Virus record (IMG/VR): IMGVR_UViG_3300020607_000001
Coordinates: 7,967 to 71,966 of that record
Length of the DNA: 64,000 nt
Strand: one strand, 5' to 3'
Origin: a virus
The notes under the pieces were generated by a model, which worked only from the letters and a program-made list of their open reading frames with translations, made no database searches and was not told the origin of the DNA. Positions 27,767 to 36,646 of the stretch are shown here, in pieces. How positions within the stretch are numbered: the first letter of the stretch is position 1; each line of letters opens with the position of its first letter. A program made the position numbers and the translations under genes.

Positions 27767-28546
27767 ATGACATCAATGATCGACACACAGAAAGGCTTGG
27801 AAGAGCTGTTCTCACAAAACCAACTGCTCGACGTTCTGCGTGACCAGTTCTCACCTCTAACCGAAAACCCATTCATGCTTGATGTCGTGGTACAAATCTA
27901 TCTGCACAAGCAGGCAGATGTGCCAACGATGGTCGGACTGTTCTCGCCAAAATGGGGAGAGCCACAGGACGTTGCTGACATGCTGTTCGAAGCTGTCGAA
28001 GAAGACATGCTGGACTTCGATATGGAAACCGAAAGGTTCTCCCTGAAGTATGGCATCTCCGGCGATGTTGAAGACATGCTGGCACGCTACCAGTTCCCAC
28101 TTCCCATGATCGTTCAACCTCTTGAGGTGACCAAGAACACCATGGGATCAGGGTACTACGACACAAAAGGCAGCATCGTGCTGAACTCGTCTGAGATCTT
28201 CAAAGAAGAAGACGTGTGTCTGGACCATATCAACCGGGCAAACTCTGTCTGCCTCACGTTGAACATGGATGTGGTAGCATCTGCTGAAGGCAACATGATC
28301 ATTCCACAGAGAAAGATCGGTGAAGGCTTCGAAGACTTCCGGAAACGGAAAAAACAGGCTGCCACATTCTATGAGACCTCGCTCGACGTGATGAAGAACC
28401 TGATGTCCTTGGGCAACAAGTTCTGGCTGACACACAAGTATGACCGTCGTGGACGGACATATGCTGTCGGTTATCACGTCAACTCTCAAGGCACAGACTA
28501 CAACAAAGCTGTGCTTGAACTGTCTAGGAAAGAGGTCATCAAATGA
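27767..28546 (+). CDS. RNA polymerase II subunit 1 (N4 gp15-like)
   Basis: YQFPLPMIVQP, CLDHINRAN, LTHKYDRRGRTYAVGYHVNSQG (T7-type DxRGR.Y). Confidence 0.92.
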   Translation: MTSMIDTQKGLEELFSQNQLLDVLRDQFSPLTENPFMLDVVVQIYLHKQADVPTMVGLFSPKWGEPQDVADMLFEAVEEDMLDFDMETERFSLKYGISGDVEDMLARYQFPLPMIVQPLEVTKNTMGSGYYDTKGSIVLNSSEIFKEEDVCLDHINRANSVCLTLNMDVVASAEGNMIIPQRKIGEGFEDFRKRKKQAATFYETSLDVMKNLMSLGNKFWLTHKYDRRGRTYAVGYHVNSQGTDYNKAVLELSRKEVIK

Positions 28547-28659
28547 TCTTCTACAAACGTCAACTGATGGATTACAGCGACCAGCCTGATCCACGCAAAC
28601 AAACTGAGTTCGCCCAGAAAGTTCTAATCTGGGGTGCTCAGTTCAGAGGAGAAATCTGA
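28543..28659 (+). CDS. Small hypothetical protein (38 aa)
   Basis: MIFYKRQLMDYSDQPDPRKQTEFAQKVLIWGAQFRGEI; stop/start overlaps on both sides. Confidence 0.55.
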   Translation: MIFYKRQLMDYSDQPDPRKQTEFAQKVLIWGAQFRGEI

Positions 28660-28859
28660 TGATCTGCATAAGTCTTGGACACATGAAACAGTTCTGTATC
28701 GACGGCAACGGAGATATGAACATCACCGATGATACCGACCCAAACAACAAAGTCACGATCAACTTAGGTCGTGCTGCTGAGTTTAGGTTGGATGCCATCA
28801 TCACAAATATGAACCGCTTACGCCATCATTGTGTGGAGGATCCAGATGATAACGGGTGA
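28659..28859 (+). CDS. Hypothetical protein
   Basis: 66 aa, GAGGAG SD. Confidence 0.65.
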   Translation: MICISLGHMKQFCIDGNGDMNITDDTDPNNKVTINLGRAAEFRLDAIITNMNRLRHHCVEDPDDNG

Positions 28860-29067
28860 AGACATCGAACGCTTCCGTCAGATGGAAGAAGATGCTCCAA
28901 AGAAACTACTCGTCATTGACACACAGCAGTTCTTTGAGATCGAAATCCCTGCCGACATTGACCCAGAAGAGTTTTTAGACTCTGATGAGTGTCGGCAGAT
29001 CTGTGCTGATCGGATCCTTGATCAGACAACTGACCTCAACATAGATCGTGTCGTAAGGAGACCATAA
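28846..29067 (+). CDS. Acidic hypothetical protein
   Basis: GGAGG SD before MITGEDIERF. Confidence 0.65.
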   Translation: MITGEDIERFRQMEEDAPKKLLVIDTQQFFEIEIPADIDPEEFLDSDECRQICADRILDQTTDLNIDRVVRRP

Positions 29068-29125
29068 TCTCAGAAAATCCTCATGATCCTTGGCCTTCAC
29101 CATCCAAACCCAAAGGAGAAACCAA

Positions 29126-29497
29126 ATGTCAGACCAACAATTCAAAAGATGGGTACGTGAACGTATCATCGCTTGGATCGTAACGATCCTGCTGTTCATC
29201 GCCTTCATTACTTGGGCAACGACCACTGAAGCTCAAGAAACTGGACCAGTTAACGAAGGAAATTGGTCCGTGCCATACGATGCTCTCATCCTCTGTCCAA
29301 TGTTAGTGACAGAAGTTGATGCAGATGTCTGTCTGTTCATTGAAGACGAATGGGGACCATATCCAACTGAAGAACGTTGTAACAAACGTCTCGATCAGAT
29401 GGCTGAAGTCTTCCCCGGCATCGCCACAATGCAATCAGGCGTGCCTCATTGGTCACTGATCAGCAAACCATGTGCAATCGCAGGTGTAGATGCATGA
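29126..29497 (+). CDS. Membrane-anchored/exported Cys-containing protein
   Basis: AAGGAG SD. TM/signal IIAWIVTILLFIAFITWA. Four Cys in the C-terminal part; GPYPTEERC motif. Confidence 0.7.
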   Translation: MSDQQFKRWVRERIIAWIVTILLFIAFITWATTTEAQETGPVNEGNWSVPYDALILCPMLVTEVDADVCLFIEDEWGPYPTEERCNKRLDQMAEVFPGIATMQSGVPHWSLISKPCAIAGVDA

Positions 29498-29748
29498 TCG
29501 ACAATGCCATTGACGACCGTAAGCATCTCGGCTGGGACATTACCAAATACAATGCCATAGCTGAGATGCTGAACGAAAACTGCTTCCAAAACAAGCAGGG
29601 TGACTGGTGCTCTATCAAGAAAGCCAAAACCAAAAAGCTCAAAAATATCAGAGCCTTAATCAAGAAAGATGCACACCTCAGTGCTTCTCTCATCATGCGT
29701 GAGTATATCCGTCGCCTCGACTATGAGATACGGAAACGCAACCGATGA
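29494..29748 (+). CDS. Basic hypothetical protein
   Basis: ATGA-coupled ORF. Confidence 0.6.
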   Translation: MIDNAIDDRKHLGWDITKYNAIAEMLNENCFQNKQGDWCSIKKAKTKKLKNIRALIKKDAHLSASLIMREYIRRLDYEIRKRNR

Positions 29749-30083
29749 CACTTCCCAAGTTGGCTCAACGATACGGGACCGGCATGGGAGTGACCATCAC
29801 TGAAGACGACCTCGAACAAGATGAGACTGGGGACTGGGTTCACAAAACACCTGTGAAGCCTGAACCCTTTCATGCTGATGATGCTCTCAAGAACAGAGTG
29901 CATCGTAAGGTATGGAGAACAAAGGATAAAAGAGAGATCCCCATCGCTGAGATGGAGACTGTCCACATCCTCAGAACTCTCAACATCTTGAAGACCAATG
30001 CTCCGAAGGATCACCCAGTGACCATCGAGTACACACGGTTGTTCAAGGCTGAGCTTCACTCCCGTGACCCAAATGCTTTCTAA
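29745..30083 (+). CDS. Hypothetical protein
   Basis: WRTKDKREIPIAEMETVHI motif, common in phage early genes. Confidence 0.65.
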   Translation: MTLPKLAQRYGTGMGVTITEDDLEQDETGDWVHKTPVKPEPFHADDALKNRVHRKVWRTKDKREIPIAEMETVHILRTLNILKTNAPKDHPVTIEYTRLFKAELHSRDPNAF

Positions 30084-30120
30084 TCGCCAATAGTACCTGT
30101 TTGAGAGGGACGCTCAAGCG

Positions 30121-30264
30121 ATGATCAGCACATTGGTTCCCAAATACGCAAAGGCTGCTTCCGTCAAGAAAGACGGTGACGGCTACTGGCTCAACGTGAG
30201 CTGGAACTGTGGCATCACAGCTCCGTTAACCATCCAAGAAACATACCAAGCATTAGGAGAGTAA
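30121..30264 (+). CDS. Small hypothetical protein (47 aa)
   Basis: MISTLVPKYAKAASVKKDGDGYWLNVSWNCG...LGE; fills the gap before RNAP subunit 2. Confidence 0.5.
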   Translation: MISTLVPKYAKAASVKKDGDGYWLNVSWNCGITAPLTIQETYQALGE

Positions 30265-30265
30265 C

Positions 30266-31465
30266 ATGCTTAAAGTACAACAATTTCAGAACCTTACAGG
30301 CACCGAGTATCTGATGGCTGACATCGCATGTATGCACGACAAAGCATACGAGAAGAAAGGCTGGGCTGAGCGTCTGGCTCACTTCCAGTCCATCGACTTC
30401 ACCAACCCGAAGTCATTCAAGAACGCATCCAACCCTATCGGATTGCGTGCTGCCATGGTTGCTCTGAACAACACCATGCACAAGAAGGCATCAGGCTATC
30501 TCATCAGCTTGGACGCATCCTCATCCGGTATGCAACTGCTGAGCCTGTTGGTTTCATGTCCGACGAGCTGGAAGCTCTGTGGTGGAGACGAGACCATCCT
30601 CGACTCATACACCCACATCTACAGCTCAATGGACACAGGCATCACTCTTGACCGGAAAGAGGTCAAGAACTCCATCATGACAGCACTGTATGGCTCAACT
30701 GCCACACCCAAAGCTGTCTTCGGTGACGACATCGAAGTGTTCTATGAAACCATGGAACTCATGGCACCCGGTGCTTGGGATCTTAACCTTGGCTTGCAAG
30801 AGCTGTGGGACGAGATCGACGGAACCACATACGACTGGCAGATGCCTGACAACTTCTACGCCTGCATCGAAACCAATGACAAAGAGGTGATCCCATTCAC
30901 CTTCTTGGACAAAGAGTTTCAGGTGGTTCAGAAGGTCAACGAACGTCCACGCTTTCACAAGGGTCTTGGCCCGAACCTCATCCACTCTGTGGACGGTATG
31001 GTGGTGCGTGAGATGTATCGTCGCTGTCAGTTCGATGAGAAGGTCACCACACGTGTGATGAACCTGATCGTTGACGAGGTAGAAGGTGGTACTGATGGCC
31101 GCTCTGCTGAGATGGTTGAGACATTGTGGCAACACTATGAACAGTCTGGCTTCCTGTCAGTCCGTATCCTCGACTATCTGTTCGAAGACACCATCGGACT
31201 GGTTGACCCTATGGTCATCGCCAAACTGATCCAGACAATGCCTGAGAAGAGCTTTGATCTGGTCACGGTTCATGACTGCTTCCGTTGTCACCCGAACTAC
31301 GGCAATGACCTGCGTCGCCAGTACAACACGATCTTGGCAGACATCAATGACTCGATGATCCTACCATACATCTGTGCTCAGGTGTCTCGGAAACCAATCA
31401 AGGCACGTAAAGTGGGCGTAATCCCTCGTGATGTGATCTTGAACGGCAACTACCTTCTGTCGTAA
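30266..31465 (+). CDS. RNA polymerase II subunit 2 (N4 gp16-like)
   Basis: Motif A LDASSSGMQ, motif B RKEVKNSIMTALYG, NLIHSVDG, motif C VHDCF. Confidence 0.93.
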   Translation: MLKVQQFQNLTGTEYLMADIACMHDKAYEKKGWAERLAHFQSIDFTNPKSFKNASNPIGLRAAMVALNNTMHKKASGYLISLDASSSGMQLLSLLVSCPTSWKLCGGDETILDSYTHIYSSMDTGITLDRKEVKNSIMTALYGSTATPKAVFGDDIEVFYETMELMAPGAWDLNLGLQELWDEIDGTTYDWQMPDNFYACIETNDKEVIPFTFLDKEFQVVQKVNERPRFHKGLGPNLIHSVDGMVVREMYRRCQFDEKVTTRVMNLIVDEVEGGTDGRSAEMVETLWQHYEQSGFLSVRILDYLFEDTIGLVDPMVIAKLIQTMPEKSFDLVTVHDCFRCHPNYGNDLRRQYNTILADINDSMILPYICAQVSRKPIKARKVGVIPRDVILNGNYLLS

Positions 31466-31468
31466 AGA

Positions 31469-31511
31469 AAACCCCAGCTTCCCAATCAAGGGAGGCTGGG
31501 GATTCTTTTTT
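31469..31511 (+). terminator. Rho-independent terminator
   Basis: CCCCAGCTTCCC-AATCAA-GGGAGGCTGGGG followed by ATTCTTTTTT. Confidence 0.8.
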
Positions 31512-31541
31512 GACCAATCCCACAAGGACGAGGAAAGCATC

Positions 31542-31751
31542 ATGACCAAGCACCCTGAGATCTACTACCTCTATGACGATAAAACAAGGATTGTTTATTG
31601 GACAGACAAAGAACCTGATCCAGAAAATATCAACTTCCCGGAACTGATCCTCCTCGGACAGTCTTCAAATCCGAACAAAAAGATGGCCATGGCCGTGTTC
31701 ACTCACAAGCTCGATGATCCAACGAACTGGAGGCTCAGACCCTTGGATTGA
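31542..31751 (+). CDS. Hypothetical protein
   Basis: 69 aa, GAGG SD. Confidence 0.65.
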   Translation: MTKHPEIYYLYDDKTRIVYWTDKEPDPENINFPELILLGQSSNPNKKMAMAVFTHKLDDPTNWRLRPLD

Positions 31752-31797
31752 GCTATCGCTCTTTTTCGGTTTTCTATCTAACTGAAGGAGAAATGTG

Positions 31798-33015
31798 ATG
31801 ACCGCCGAAATTCTGAAGCTCAAACCGACAGAGGTTTATGACTTCGTAACCGCAGCATTGACATGCAACCAAGTCCCTTACGTTGCTGGAGCACCTGCCA
31901 TTGGCAAGTCCCAGATCGTGAAGCAGGTCGCCAACGATGCGAATGCGAAGATGATCGACCTACGGCTGTCTCAGATCTTGTCAGAAGATATGACCGGACT
32001 GCCTGAACGCGACGTTGAACGTGGCAAAGCAGTCTACCTGCCGTTCGAAACCTTCCCCTTGGAAGGTGATCCGATCCCTGACGGCTATAGTGGCTGGCTC
32101 TTGTTCCTTGATGAACTCTCCTCCGCATCGGAAGAAGTGCTGGCTGCTGCCTATTCTCTCATCCTCGACCGTGAAGTCGGCGGCAAGAAGCTGCATGAAA
32201 AATGTCTGGTCGTGGCTGCCGGTAACCGTGCATCGGACTCTGCGATTGCACGTGAACTGCCTGACACTCTGATCACTCGGATGCTTCCGATTGAAATGAA
32301 GATCAACACCAAAGATTGGCTGCTCTGGGCAACAGATGCTGCAACCAAAAGCCATGAAGCTGTTGTTGGTTTCATCCAGAAGAACTCCAACATGCTCTAT
32401 GCCCCGAACAAGGCTGATGATCGTGCTGAGCTGGAGACATACCCAACACCTCGTGGCTGGGAAAAGGTCTTCGGTCACATGGCTTTCCATGACAAAGAAG
32501 TCGCTCGCAAGGCTGCCAACCGTAACAAAAATGGTACAGTCACTGTCGAAGACTCTGCTGGACTGCCTCGTGAAGTGGATGCTCCACAGGGTGAACCAAT
32601 CACAGAACTGGTATTCAACCTGATCGCTGCTGCGGTAGGCCCACAGGCTGCTCGTGCATTCCGTGAAGATTATGACGAAGCAATCAAGCTCCCATACCCA
32701 TGGGAAGTGGCCACATCGCCCAGCTCGACACGCATCCCAACCTCTCACACAGCTAAAGCGAAGCTGATCTCTACCCTGTCCAAGCACTTCCTTGAGTCTG
32801 ATCAGCAGGTACAGAACAGCCTGCTTCAGTACGTCAACCGGATCGGTGGCGAATACTCTGAACTGATGCTCAATCAGATCAAAGGTGGCCTTGGTTCCTC
32901 ACCCTTGGACAAACGTCTGGTTGATCAAACAGCCAAACGTCTGAGCATTGACCCTCTCTTGGGGACAGCTCCGAAGGGAGGTGCCTCCGGAAACGACGAG
33001 GACATCCCCTTTTGA
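31798..33015 (+). CDS. MoxR-like AAA+ ATPase (N4 gp24-like)
   Basis: GAPAIGKS Walker A, LLFLDE Walker B, VAAGN, PTPRGW. Confidence 0.88.
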   Translation: MTAEILKLKPTEVYDFVTAALTCNQVPYVAGAPAIGKSQIVKQVANDANAKMIDLRLSQILSEDMTGLPERDVERGKAVYLPFETFPLEGDPIPDGYSGWLLFLDELSSASEEVLAAAYSLILDREVGGKKLHEKCLVVAAGNRASDSAIARELPDTLITRMLPIEMKINTKDWLLWATDAATKSHEAVVGFIQKNSNMLYAPNKADDRAELETYPTPRGWEKVFGHMAFHDKEVARKAANRNKNGTVTVEDSAGLPREVDAPQGEPITELVFNLIAAAVGPQAARAFREDYDEAIKLPYPWEVATSPSSTRIPTSHTAKAKLISTLSKHFLESDQQVQNSLLQYVNRIGGEYSELMLNQIKGGLGSSPLDKRLVDQTAKRLSIDPLLGTAPKGGASGNDEDIPF

Positions 33016-33052
33016 TCTAAGACCTGAACTCTGGGCAAAGATCAAGAAGAAC

Positions 33053-33409
33053 ATGGCTCACGAGTCGTTGTCTGTGGAAGATAAACGCACCATTTTGAAT
33101 GGTCACTTCCCTGTTCAGACAACGACTCACGCTGTCGATTACATCCATGATGCTCCTGCAAAATCCTTCAACGAAGGAGATTCAGTCATCGAGACCAGCT
33201 CTGGTCGGATGTACATCAAAGCAAAAGGTGAGCTTGTCTTGGTCAGTGAACCTACACCAGTGACTGGTGTACCACAATCATCTAACCCTCTGAAGGGAAA
33301 AGGAAAAAGCTATGGAAAGCACGTTGAAAATGGCTGGGGACAATACGTCAAACCAGTCTCAGACTGGAACGACCCAATCAACGACTGGGCAGACCCCTTC
33401 AACCCATAG
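33053..33409 (+). CDS. Hypothetical protein overlapping the 5' end of the next gene
   Basis: Fills the gap between ATPase and VWA gene; start uncertain. Confidence 0.5.
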   Translation: MAHESLSVEDKRTILNGHFPVQTTTHAVDYIHDAPAKSFNEGDSVIETSSGRMYIKAKGELVLVSEPTPVTGVPQSSNPLKGKGKSYGKHVENGWGQYVKPVSDWNDPINDWADPFNP

Positions 33410-34637
33410 CCTCAAATCCGCTGATGGTGAGCTTCGTCATTATGTCGAAGAGATGCTTCATCTCGACAAGCGTTTCATCGGCATGAGCAGCTACGTGATC
33501 AACATCAACTTCTACTGGTCCACTGAGATCCCGACAGCATGTGCTGGCCACGGCTTTATCTTCTTCAACCCAGAATTCTGGGACAAACTCAACGAGGAGA
33601 AGAAGAAAACCGTGGTCGCTCATGAAATCTGGCACCTCATTCTGAACCACTTGGACCGGATGGAAGGTCTCGACTCTGACATCCACAACCAAGCAGCAGA
33701 TCATGTCATCAACAATGGTCTGTTGGAGGATGGTTTCGAGATCGGACCCGATGAAGACTTTGGAGGCATCAAACCTTGCTGCGATCCTCGATTCAAGAAC
33801 ATGTCCACGGAACAGGTGTACCGGATCATCCAACAAGAGAAGAAGGACGATCCTGACTCTCATGGTGGTGGAGAAGGTGCATCAGGCCCAACCAAAGACC
33901 AGATCGAAGACCTCATCCAAGAGGCCATCAACGGATCTGGTAAAGACCTTCAGCAAGTGGCTGATGAGAACGAAGAAGCCCGTGAACAGGCTGTTGGTCA
34001 GCCTAAAGATCTGGGCGGAACTGGAGTCGGCTCTGAAGCAGGTAACTTGGTTCGTGAGATCATCGCCACGTGTGTGCGTATGGTCAAAGATGCCTCATAT
34101 GAGGAGATCTTCGAGAAGTACCTGATCGACCCTCTGAGCGGTGGTAAACGGACATTCATGCGTCCATCCCGTCGTCAGGCAAAGGGTGGTCTACGCCTGA
34201 AAGGGAAGTTCCCGAAGAAGGGCAAAACCAACAGACTGACACGTCTGGTTTATGCACTTGATGTCTCTGGTTCCATTTCACAAAACGATGCACGTATCTT
34301 CCTTGAGTCTGCTAAGACCTTGAAAGAACGTCTAAATCCTCGTGAAATGATTATCATGCTCTGGGACACTCGAATCGTATTCGAGAAGACCTTTGGCGAA
34401 CATGATAACATCGGTCACATCAACATCCGTGCCGGTGGTGGCACATCCTTGGAGCCAGTCTACAAGCGAGTGAAGCAGATCAACCCTGAAGCACTCGTGA
34501 TCTTCACTGATCTCTGTGTTGGTATTCCACCCAAACCTGAGTGGGAGACCATTTGGTTTGTTCCTGACCGGAACGTCCATCCCTATCACCTCAACCAAGT
34601 CACCTATGGTGACGTGTATGCAATCCCGGAGAAATAA
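33312..34637 (+). CDS. Metallopeptidase (DUF2201-like) + VWA domain protein (N4 gp25-like)
   Basis: IPTAC, AHEIWHLILNH (HExxH), NQAADHVIN, LDVSGSI (MIDAS), GGGT, IFTD. Start at 33312 or 33330. Confidence 0.88.
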   Translation: MESTLKMAGDNTSNQSQTGTTQSTTGQTPSTHSLKSADGELRHYVEEMLHLDKRFIGMSSYVININFYWSTEIPTACAGHGFIFFNPEFWDKLNEEKKKTVVAHEIWHLILNHLDRMEGLDSDIHNQAADHVINNGLLEDGFEIGPDEDFGGIKPCCDPRFKNMSTEQVYRIIQQEKKDDPDSHGGGEGASGPTKDQIEDLIQEAINGSGKDLQQVADENEEAREQAVGQPKDLGGTGVGSEAGNLVREIIATCVRMVKDASYEEIFEKYLIDPLSGGKRTFMRPSRRQAKGGLRLKGKFPKKGKTNRLTRLVYALDVSGSISQNDARIFLESAKTLKERLNPREMIIMLWDTRIVFEKTFGEHDNIGHINIRAGGGTSLEPVYKRVKQINPEALVIFTDLCVGIPPKPEWETIWFVPDRNVHPYHLNQVTYGDVYAIPEK

Positions 34638-34639
34638 CC

Positions 34640-35083
34640 ATGATCGTAAACGGACACTTGCTGCTCGACTCTGCTCCTATCAAGGACATGGAGACCAAAA
34701 AGCAAAAGTTCATGGGAACATCCTATGGACTGGCTGAAGCCGGATACGACATCCGGATCAAGCAAGACATTTGGTTGGCACCTGACAATCGCTTTAAGCT
34801 GGCTTCGGCCATCGAAGAGTTCCAGATGCCAACCGATCTCGTGGGCGTTGTCCATGACAAATCCACTTGGGCCAGACGTGGCCTCAGTGTGTTCAACACG
34901 GTCATCGAGCCGGGTTGGAAGGGGTTCCTTACTCTTGAGCTGGTTTACCATGGCTCAGAAGGGATCCACATCACAGCAGGACAAGGCATTGCCCAAGTCC
35001 TGTTCCATGAAATCCTTGAGACTGCTGCCTACGACGGTAAGTATCAGAACCAAGAGGACAAACCTGTGGAGGCTCGTTCATGA
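34640..35083 (+). CDS. dcd: dCTP deaminase
   Basis: AGYDIR, DKSTWARRGL, NTVIEPGWKGFLTLEL, GKYQNQ. Confidence 0.9.
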   Translation: MIVNGHLLLDSAPIKDMETKKQKFMGTSYGLAEAGYDIRIKQDIWLAPDNRFKLASAIEEFQMPTDLVGVVHDKSTWARRGLSVFNTVIEPGWKGFLTLELVYHGSEGIHITAGQGIAQVLFHEILETAAYDGKYQNQEDKPVEARS

Positions 35084-35580
35084 CAGAACACAACACCACT
35101 GCAAGCGGAGCCATGCGTGCCAGCATTGGAACCAAGATCGACACAGATCTGGTGCCATATGAACTGGTCGTTGCTGCTGCCGTCGGACTCGGACTTGGAG
35201 AACACAAGTACGCAGCCCGGAACTTCGAGAAGGGACTGAGCTATCGCTCCCTGATCAACTCAATCGAACGCCACTGTAAAGCGTTGAAAGACGGCGAAGA
35301 GCTGGACAAGGATACTGGTATCCCTCACTACATGCTCATTGCCTCATCGACTGCGATGCTGGTTCACAACGTGATGCAAGAGGCCGTCATCGACGACCGT
35401 GCTCCCCCAAAAACACCCAAATACGGTGTGGATCAGTTGGCTGCCATTGGTCAGACTGAGTTGGATAAAGCCATCAAGTTCTGGGAAAGCAAACTGGGCG
35501 TCCCAGCTCCCTACACTCCCGGAGAACGTCAGGCAGTAGCCGAACGTCCTCTTGGCACGCTACGGGATGACAACACATGA
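35080..35580 (+). CDS. DUF5664 / dATP-dGTP diphosphohydrolase-domain protein
   Basis: GEHKYAARNFEKG...SIERH...GEELDKDTGIPH. Confidence 0.75.
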   Translation: MTEHNTTASGAMRASIGTKIDTDLVPYELVVAAAVGLGLGEHKYAARNFEKGLSYRSLINSIERHCKALKDGEELDKDTGIPHYMLIASSTAMLVHNVMQEAVIDDRAPPKTPKYGVDQLAAIGQTELDKAIKFWESKLGVPAPYTPGERQAVAERPLGTLRDDNT

Positions 35581-36593
35581 CCAAAATCTACACACATCCG
35601 GGACAACCCCAGATGCAGGTGGAAGTGATCTTGGCCTCTCAAGGGCCAAATCACAAACCAATCTACACCATTCGGATGCGATACCCTCGCCCGATCCATG
35701 GTGAGATCATGACCCACCGTGTGTTTGGTCGCAATGCTCGCTCATCTCGTGCTGTCCCTGTCCGGACAATGTTGCTGGAATGCACATCAATCCCGTACAT
35801 TCCTTGGCATTGGGGCAAAAACCAACGTGGAATGCAGGCAGAAGAAGAGTGTAATGAACTCATCACTGTACCAACTGAAACTGGCGGATGCTTTGACGTT
35901 GATCGTGAAACTGCTTGGCTTCAAGCCCGTGACGCTGCTGTAGCAGTGGCTGAAGGCTTCATGAACGCTGGGTATCACAAACAGAACCCCAACCGTTTGT
36001 TGGAACCGTTCTCGTGGATCGACACCCTCATCACCTCGACAGACTGGGACAACTTCCTGTGGCTTCGTGATCACAAAGACGCTGAACCACACCTGCAAGA
36101 CCTTGCTCGCTTGGTCAAACAGGCCATCGACGAAGCAGAAATTCAACCACTCCAGCCGGGTGAATGGCACATGTCGTACATCACCCCAATGGACATCCAG
36201 AACCTGATCATATGTCCAGACGAGGACACTGAGCGGGCTATTGATGAACTTGGTTGTGATGGTCAGGAACTCCTGAACATGGTTTCTGCTGCACGCTGTG
36301 CTCGCATCTCCTACAAACCATTCGACGGAAATGCTGCTTATCGTGCTGAATTCGACCGATACAACTTGCTCGTGACATCGGATCGGGTTCATGCATCACC
36401 GCTTGAACATCAGGCCACTCCTGATAAACATTCGGCTTTCGAGGTTTCACAGTTGATTAACACACCTGATGGTGCGGAAAATTCAGCTTTTGAAGTCGTT
36501 GAAGGATGGTGCAATCCGGAACTCCATGGCAACTTGGATGGTTATATCCAAGCCCGGAAACTGGTTCCGAATGAAGTTTATTCTTCAAACTGA
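35577..36593 (+). CDS. thyX: FAD-dependent thymidylate synthase
   Basis: EIMTHRVFGRNARSSRAVP, HKQNPNRLLEPF, NFLWLR, SAARCARISY, HASPLEH. Confidence 0.88.
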   Translation: MTKIYTHPGQPQMQVEVILASQGPNHKPIYTIRMRYPRPIHGEIMTHRVFGRNARSSRAVPVRTMLLECTSIPYIPWHWGKNQRGMQAEEECNELITVPTETGGCFDVDRETAWLQARDAAVAVAEGFMNAGYHKQNPNRLLEPFSWIDTLITSTDWDNFLWLRDHKDAEPHLQDLARLVKQAIDEAEIQPLQPGEWHMSYITPMDIQNLIICPDEDTERAIDELGCDGQELLNMVSAARCARISYKPFDGNAAYRAEFDRYNLLVTSDRVHASPLEHQATPDKHSAFEVSQLINTPDGAENSAFEVVEGWCNPELHGNLDGYIQARKLVPNEVYSSN

Positions 36594-36598
36594 CAACA

Positions 36599-36629
36599 TT
36601 ATGGTCTAAGGGCTTCTCTTAGACCATAA
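36599..36629. repeat. Perfect 12-bp inverted repeat without U-tract
   Basis: TTATGGTCTAAG-GGCTTCT-CTTAGACCATAA. Confidence 0.75.
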
Positions 36630-36646
36630 CACCGAGAGGAAAGCTC

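Noticed and set aside
30073-30120. In-frame upstream ATG with TAG at codon 7, suggesting amber readthrough
   Set aside because: The downstream ATG at 30121 has a usable GAGGG SD, TAG serves as a normal stop elsewhere (e.g. rIIB), and no suppressor tRNA is seen.
24212-35580. Diaminopurine (Z) genome pathway
   Set aside because: HD and DUF5664-like genes are present but unlinked, and no purZ is visible.
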